Shown one piece after another: positions 56,467 through 64,000 of a stretch of DNA of 64,000 nt. The stretch is from assembly GCA_951406725.2 (NCBI GenBank), contig OX597828.1:70246001-70310000 (forward strand). Direction: 5' to 3'. The translations under genes and the position numbers were made by a program. Positions within the stretch are counted from its first letter, which is position 1, and every line of letters begins with the position of its first letter. The stretch comes from Octopus vulgaris (taxonomy: Eukaryota). Below the pieces are notes generated by a model. The model was not told the origin of the DNA. It saw only the letters and a program-made list of their open reading frames with translations, and made no database searches.

Positions 56467-56878
56467 GGCGCAGGAGTGGCTGTGTGGTAAGTAGCTTGCT
56501 AACCAACTACATGGTTCCAGGTTCAGTCCCACTGCGTGGCACCTTGGGCAAGTGTCTTCTACTATAGCCTCGGTCCGACCAAACCTTTGTGAGTGGATTT
56601 GGTAGACGGAAACTGTAAAGAAGCCCGTCGTATATATGTATATATATATGCATGTGTGTGTTTGTGTGTCTGTGTTTGTCCCCCTAGCATTGCTTGACAA
56701 CTGATGCTGGTGTGTTTATGTCCCCGTTACTTAGCAGTTTGGCAAAAAAGACCGATAGAATAAGTACTGGGCTTACAGAAGAATAAGTCCTGGGGTCGAG
56801 TTGCTCGATTAAAGGCGGTGCTCCAGAATGGCTGCAGTCAAATGACTGAAACAAGTAAAAGAGTAAAGAGTAAAGAGT
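56467..56878 (+). mobile_element. tRNA-derived SINE family C, full-length copy with internal (TA)/(TG) tract
   Basis: A-box tggctgtgtgg, B-box ggttcagtccc, CORE-like ccttgggcaagtg, tail aaacaagtaaaagagtaaagag. Other copies at 48258-48684, 31360-31743, 55938-56230, 25801-26184(-), 61632-62043(-) and 2395-2612(-). Confidence 0.88.
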
Positions 56879-57219
56879 ATATATGGGTACAGGATGTCAC
56901 CAACTGTGTAAGCAGCATGAAGTATGAAAACAAATTAGCTAAATACACAAACAACAGGAGAAAAATGGAAAACAGGACAAGTAAACAGAGAGAAAGGACC
57001 CTTCATCAGTTGTCGGCTGTCTACCTACTCCTTGTTTCGAGCATTCAACGACAATTTGAGTCTTCAAAGAAAGTTGATCCCATAAATTCTAAAATAAAAT
57101 TTAGGATTTATGAAGGGTCAAAGTTGGGTACAAAAACAGGACATTGGAAACTTACAAGGAAACCGAATGAAAATAAAGGTGGAAGGACATTAGACTATGT
57201 GTGTGTGTGTGTGTGTGTT

Positions 57220-57264
<45 letters not shown>

Positions 57265-57269
57265 TGTTG

Positions 57270-57637
57270 CAGGCCAAGGATGTTTGCAAAAGGGACATGA
57301 AGGCCTGCAACATCAATATTAGCGGCTGGGAGGCAGTTGCCGGCAACCGTGGAGACTGGCGACGTACCGTAAAAGAGGGAATACAAAGGAGTGACAGAGA
57401 GAGAGAGAGGAGAAATGGAAAGACAAGAGAAGACGTCAACAAGAAACTATGGCATTACAACCAGCCAGGAACAGTCTTCGCTACATTTGCGGTACCTGCC
57501 AGAGGGAATGTTTGTCCAGGATAGGACTACACAGCCACAGCAGGAAATGTATCAGGACATGAAATGTAAAAGCCGGACTAAACTACTTTATGCGCAACTC
57601 CATTGTCTCCCGAGACAAAAAGGATGCCAACAACAAT
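57270..57637 (+). mobile_element. RTE-clade LINE 3' end with terminal C2H2-like motif
   Basis: KDVCKRDMKACNINISGWEAVAGNRGDWRRTVKEG, then (frameshifted) ICGTCQRECLSRIGLHSHSRKC, and a short CAA tail. Confidence 0.8.
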
Positions 57638-57677
57638 ATATATGTTGTATAATATTTTATTTTGGTCGAATTAGTCT

Positions 57678-57725
57678 CTTGCTACTTTGAGTTTCACCTG
57701 TAGATGCACAGAATGTTGGAGCAAG
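57678..57725 (-). pseudogene. Decayed paralogue of the 28439 hammerhead
   Basis: Stems, GAAA and GUA are retained but the CUGAnGA box is replaced by uccaaca. Flanks are shared (tttggtcga; caagttat.a..gtcata). Confidence 0.55.
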
Positions 57726-58090
57726 TTATAATTGTCATAACCTACCTGAAGAGCCTGGGGAAATGAAGAAGAGCATGAGACTGATTCAACTAAAATATAA
57801 TCTTTTCTACTATAGGTACAAGGCATGAAATTTGGGGGGAGGGGCTAGTTGATTAGATTGCCCCAGTACACAACTGGTACTTAGTTTATCGACCCCGAAA
57901 GGATGAATGGCAAAGTCGACCGCTGTGGAATTTGAACTCAGATTGTAAAGACAGATGAAATACCGCTAAGCATTTCACCTGGTGTGCTAACGTTTCTACC
58001 AGCTCACCACCTTTCAACCAAAATATAATACATTACTAATTGCTACTGTGCTATTGATTTCTCTTTTTTCTGACAGTTAACTCTAAACAG

Positions 58091-58164
<74 letters not shown>

Positions 58165-58193
58165 GCGTGTGTGTGTGTATATATATATGTATA

Positions 58194-58619
58194 TTAACCA
58201 GCACAAGACTATATCCATTAGTAACAGAACCAAAAGAGAAAAAATGCGGTCGACCTAACTGTGATACATGCCCCCACTTTTTGGAGGGTTCAGAATTCCA
58301 CTTTAAACAAGGTGAAATATTTCAGATTAAATCAAATTTCACCTGTGCCTCGGAAAATCTAATCTATGCCATTACATGCTTAGGGTGTGGTAATAATTAT
58401 ATTGGCCAAACAGGAATATTACTCCGTTGAAGAACCACTCTCCACAATGAACAAATCCGCCACCCACAATACAGACAGATACAGGTCAGCGAACACATAG
58501 AAAGGTGTGCTAGGAATCTTAATCCTAATTTCCTAATTTTTCCGTTCTATCAATGTTCACAGATCACCTCAGTACAACAAAGAATGAATAAAGAGGCAAC
58601 TTTCATCAATAAATATAGC
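58194..58619 (+). mobile_element. Penelope-like element fragment: GIY-YIG endonuclease, one in-frame stop
   Basis: KKCGRPNCDTCPHF...[41 protein letters not shown]...VSEHIERC...[15 protein letters not shown]...YIGQT, the CxxxxCxxC and His residues, and the terminal E..FI are typical of PLE endonucleases. Confidence 0.9.
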
Positions 58620-58705
58620 CAATCCTCAGTCAAACCGTCCAACCCATGCCAGCATGGAAAGCAGATGTTAAACAATGATGATGATGATATGTATATATAT
58701 ATATA

Positions 58706-58764
<59 letters not shown>

Positions 58765-59172
58765 GTGTGTCTGTATATTTATGTGTATATATATATATGT
58801 ATATATATGTGTGTGTGTATATATGTATGTATATACAAGTGTGTGTGTATATTTATATGTATATATATCTGTATATATATATATGTATGTATATATATGT
58901 GTGTGTGTGTATGTATATATATATACTACAAAATTAGAAATTGGAGAAACATACTTAAATCAATAAAACATCAACTATCAGATGATACCCAATCAATACT
59001 TTATTACACCATTACATATCAGTAAAGGCATTATACAAAATATATAGTAAATATAAATAGACAAGGAAATAGAAATATAAAATATAAAATATAATATACC
59101 TATCTAGCAGTATATTGGATATATGTTATCCCATGGTGGGTTGAATTTTTCAACCCCTATCTCATTTTATAA

Positions 59173-59226
<54 letters not shown>

Positions 59227-59651
59227 ATGTACAATATGTACACACATACATATATCATCCTCCTCCTCATCATCATTTAGTGTCTGTTTTCCATGCTGGC
59301 ATGGGTTAGATGGTTTGACTGGAATTTGCAAGCTGGAGAACTGCACCAGGTTCTAATCTGATTTGGCATGGTTTCTACAGCTGGTTGCCCTTCTTAACAC
59401 CAACCATATATATATATATATATATATCTGTGTGTATATATGTATATATATATATATTGGGGGGAGAGAGAGGGGAAAGCGAGAGAGAAATATATATATA
59501 TAGCTGTAGAAACACTGCCAGATCAGACTGGAGCCTGGAGCAGCCCCTGGCTCCCCAGACCCCGGTCGAACCGTCCAACCCGTGCTAGCGCGGAAAACGG
59601 ACGTTAAATGATGATGATGATGATGATGATATTTACACACAGAATGCTGTG

Positions 59652-60150
59652 TATAAGCTGTCATCTAAATTATGCACAAATGAAAATAACACTGACTTCT
59701 CATTTTAACAGATATATTTTACCAAAATTACGTAAAAATATCTTGAAATACTAAAGAGGAAATTTATTCAATATAATTGTTATTGGTTCAACCATGGCCT
59801 CCAGACAACATCGGAATCCTCTGCAACTCTTCTGGGTGGTCACCTTGTTGAAGTTGGTGAATGCTGCCATAATCCTTGCCTTCAGTTCATCTTTGGTGTT
59901 ACAAGGAGTTATGTTGGTCTCTTGTTCAACTGCTCCTCACACATAATAATCAAGGGGTTTGCAGTGTGGGGAGTTAGCCAGCCAGATGTTAGGGGTGATG
60001 TGGTCGCAGAAATTATCTGACAGCCATGTCTGGGTTCTCCTGCTTGTGTGGCATGATGCAGAGTCCTTCTGCCAGACGTAGGGTCCTCCAGCAGCCACTC
60101 TCTTGACCCAGGGCAGCTATTTCTTCTCCAAGTGCTTGATGTAGTCCTCA
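59652..60150 (-). mobile_element. Tc1/mariner superfamily transposase remnant, maT (DD37D) type
   Basis: YVWQKDSASCHTSRRTQTWL...IWLANSPHCKPLDYYV*GAVE...TKDELKARI. I count 37 residues between the two acidic catalytic positions. Contains stops. Confidence 0.8.
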
Positions 60151-61219
60151 GATTGACACCCAAACTCTCTGAAATGTTCATATTGAAGCTTGGCCTACAA
60201 ATACCAAGCCATCTAGCATGTGATAGTGGTGATGGTGTTGGTGTGGTGGTGGTGGTGTACAAGTCATTGCTAGCTGCGTTGTTCTTATTGTTGTTGTTTA
60301 ACCCTGAGTCAGCTTAGCTTGAGCAGACCTATGATCGAAATTGTTCCCACCATAAGCTTCACACTTTCCATGCAGACATACCTGCACATCATAAGAGTTT
60401 ATCAAAATGGTTGGCATTAAGAAAAAATATTGAAACATAAAACAGTGATTTGTAAAGTGCTGTCCCACCCATGCCAGCAGGGAAAAGCGGAAACAAAATC
60501 GATGAAGAAGAAAGCCATCTTGGGACGATATTATCCAAAATGTCGTTCTCTGTATTAGGAGTGGGTTGGGGTTTAATTGAAGGAGATTTCACGGTTGTTT
60601 TTATCGCAGATTGTGCAAACTGTATACAGGGTCCCTCGAGATGTTGGAAGTAGTGTTATTATTGCTGGAGGTACTAATGGTGGTGGTCATGGTGGTAGTC
60701 GTGGTGGTGGTCGTGGTGGTGGTTGTGGTGCAGTTGTAGTGATGTTGGTGGCTGTGAAGATGGTTGTGGTAGTAGTGGTGGTGATGGTGTAGCTAATGGT
60801 GGCGGTGGTGGTGGTGGTACTAGTGGTGTTAATGCTTCTACAGTTGTTGTTGTTATTGTTGCTGCTGTTGTTGTTCCAAGCACTATCATTCTTAATGTCA
60901 TCTTTGTTATTGCTATTGTTGTTGTTGTTGTTGTTGTGCTCATTGTTATTGTTATCCTGATTATAGTGAGTGCGATATATCTCTGTACCCATTCAGTGCA
61001 CCATCAAAAGCCTTGCTTGCCAGTCTATCTCCCTAGGTGGTCATATTTAGAAGGTCAGCCACACAACCACAACTGACCGACAATTTACTCTCCTGCAATA
61101 TTTAATATTCTCTGCTTCCCAGGCTTATCATTTATGAATTCATCACTGATGGAGCACTACCGTGCATGCTTTAACATGGGTGTGTCAGTGTGTGTGTGTC
61201 AGTGTGTGTGTGTGTGTGT

Positions 61220-61283
<64 letters not shown>

Positions 61284-61372
61284 GTGTATGACTATACTTT
61301 CACAAATATGATGTATATGCTTGTACACAAATATATATTTGAAATATATTTGGATATACATATGTGTGTGTG

Positions 61373-61420
<48 letters not shown>

Positions 61421-61527
61421 TACACATATATATACATATACATCCAGACACATACATGTATACATATGAACACACATATATGTAAAGAGAATGAGAATAG
61501 AAAGTGTAGTAAGCTTTATCTCTGTCT

Positions 61528-61586
<59 letters not shown>

Positions 61587-61842
61587 CATTTATCTGTGTG
61601 TGTGTGTGTGTGTGTCTGTGTGTGTGTATTCTTTAACTTGTTTCAGTCATTTGACTGCAGCCATGCTGAAGCACCGCCTTTTAGTCGAGCAAATCAACCC
61701 CAGGACTTATTCTTTGTAAGTCTAGTACTTATTCTATCAGTCTCTTTTGCTGAACCGCTAAGTTACCAGGACGTAAACACACCGGCATCGGTTGTCAAGC
61801 AATGTTGGGGGTAGGGGGGGTCAAACACAGACACACAAACAT

Positions 61843-61873
<31 letters not shown>

Positions 61874-62438
61874 CATATATATACGATGTGCTTCTTTCAG
61901 TTTCCGTCTACCAAATCCGCTCACAAGGCTTTGGTCGGCCTGAAGCTATAGTAGAAGACACTTGGCCAAGGTGCCACACATTGGGACTGAACCCGGAGCC
62001 ATGTGGTTGGTAAGCAAGTTATTTACCACACAGCCACTCCTGTATGAGTGTATGTATATATTTACACACACACACACACACATGCAAATCCAGGTGCATA
62101 TTTACATGTAGGTGTGCATGTCTTGTGAGAGAAGTGAGAAAGAGAGAAAGAGCGAATCCGAGATTGTGAGAATGCTGTGTACCTCTTCAGAAAGATCACT
62201 CGATCAAGCTGGGATGGTTTGATGCATCCAGTTGCCCCCGAACATGAATATCCCTTTCTCACACGCAATCTTCCCTCAACACTCACGTGCAATACACACA
62301 CATTGAAACAAACACACACACACAAACACACACAAACACATGTATGTATAAATATGTATTATGTATAGTTAGTATGTATGCTTATATGGGTTTAGGTATC
62401 TATGTGTGAATGTGTATATTTATATATGTATGTGTGAG

Positions 62439-62471
<33 letters not shown>

Positions 62472-63446
62472 TTTGTGCATGTCTGTGTTTATGTGTATGC
62501 ATGCATGTGTATGTGTGTGTGTCTCTGTGTGTTTGTGTGTGTGTAAATATACATACATAATGCACATGTGTATTAAATGTGTATGTAAACAGATATGTGT
62601 GTGTACATGTGTGAATATATGTATGCACAAATTTATCGCTGTGTATGCATTTATGTGCATGTATACATATGTATGTATAAATGTGAACGTATGTATATTT
62701 GTACATAGAACCATATGTGTGTATGTGTATGTGTGTGTTGTGCCATTGCTCCCTCTGCTGATAGTGACACCTCTAATATTAACCATGTGACCATCACAAA
62801 CTGCTAGATTTTTCTAGATAAGCTGGTATATTCAGATAAAATATTTACAACACAGAATGTTCTTTATCACCTGATAATTGAATAATTATATCAATAAGCT
62901 GTGTGTGTATGTGTTTGTGTGTGTGTATGTGTGTTTGTGTGTGTGTATTTATGCGTTACTCTTTGCATATATATATATGTGTATATGCATTTATATGTGT
63001 TTGTGCAGATATATGTATGTAATATTTGCATGTTAAGTTATGCATGTGTACGCATATTTGCGTGTATGTCTATGTGTGTACTCATATATTATTCTCAGTA
63101 TGTGTGTATGTGTATGTGTGTATGTACATGTGCATGTGTGTGTCAGTATGTGGATGTGTGTGTGTGTGGTGTGTGTGTGTGTGTTTACGTCCCCAAACTA
63201 GAATGTACAGAAACGTGCAGATGGATTGAGGTGGGTGTGTGTTTAATTTCATGTTCAAACATGTCATTTTGTGGATATATATATATATATGTATGTATGT
63301 ATAAATACATGTGTGTATGTGTGTGCATGTGCACACGTGTGTGTATGTGTGTGTGTGTTATGCATATTGTATGTATGTACGTGTGAATATATATATATAT
63401 AGAGAGAAAGATGGAGAAAGAAAGAGAGAGAGAGAGAAAAGGGAGA

Positions 63447-63490
<44 letters not shown>

Positions 63491-63602
63491 CACATATAAA
63501 TGTGTATATACACACATATATGTATATATACATTCTATATATTTATATATATATACTTGTATGTGTGTGTGTTTATATAAATATATATATATGTATATAC
63601 AT

Positions 63603-63639
<37 letters not shown>

Positions 63640-63730
63640 TTCATCTTAAAAAAGTATGACTCTGTAGAGGCTTAACAAACCCCGTATTTTCGCATTTCTA
63701 CATTTTTCTCTTCCTCTGTTTCCTTTGCAG

Positions 63731-64000
63731 GATGTGCAGCAGCAAACAGCATCACAGCAACCAACTCCACCTCCACCAACGGCAACAACATCCTCATCAA
63801 ATGAGGCAACAGGTGGCGCTGAAGCCGGTGTGATTGTCTCTCAGCCACCTTTACCACCGCCACGCCGCAAACTGAGAAAGGCCCATTCCACAAACCAGAC
63901 CACTTTGCCCAGCAAGGAGTCGGATGTGAGCGGGAAGGCCACAGCAGAGGTCCACAGCAGTGGCAGTAGCAGTAGTAAGGTTCCACCAACCCCTAAACCG
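63731..64000 (+). CDS. Start of a large Pro/Ser/Thr-rich exon of the same gene (runs off the window)
   Basis: Long polypyrimidine tract ending tcctttgcag|. 90 open codons in phase 0: DVQQQTASQQPTPPPPTATTSSSNEATGGAEAGVIVSQPPLPPPRRKLRKAHSTNQTTLPSKESDVSGKATAEVHSSGSSSSKVPPTPKP. GC and CpG content rise sharply relative to the intron. Confidence 0.85.

Noticed and set aside
56990-57075. GAAAC and CTGATGA motifs on the minus strand suggesting another hammerhead
   Set aside because: The motif order and stems do not give a convincing fold. The CTGATGA...GAAAC at 12241 is similarly weak.
63672-63989. 105-aa minus-strand ORF
   Set aside because: Antisense shadow of the + strand exon, which has the splice acceptor and the plausible protein sequence.

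Overview
This is eukaryotic, AT-rich, extremely microsatellite-dense DNA. Its interspersed repeats look like octopus (coleoid cephalopod) genomic sequence; this is an inference from repeat motifs recalled from memory, not from a search. Most of the window appears to be intron of one large + strand gene. Three phase-0-compatible exons are visible: 34964-35131 encodes the C-terminal half of a RIM/rabphilin-type Rab-binding zinc finger (WVCHLCRK...STGLWYHG), 41148-41195 is a 48-nt mini-exon, and 63731 to the window end is a Pro/Ser/Thr-rich exon with PxxPxR-type motifs. This suggests a RIM/Piccolo/Fife-like active-zone scaffold. Weaker candidate alternative 5' exons lie at 3992-4035, 7962-8109 and 27214-27306. 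The rest is at least three tRNA-derived SINE families, RTE 3' ends with a structured tandem-repeat UTR, fragments of R4/Dong, CR1, Penelope (GIY-YIG), mariner and maT (D37D) elements, a non-autonomous Helitron, and piggyBac-, hAT- and mariner-type MITEs. The less obvious signals are a dispersed set of minimal Penelope-type hammerhead ribozyme motifs (one with an intact core, one fused to a tRNA-derived SINE head), several unrelated AT-rich fold-back hairpins next to (TA)n tracts, and closely spaced inverted repeat pairs that could form ADAR substrates. Almost all ORFs in the supplied track are microsatellite or repeat artefacts.
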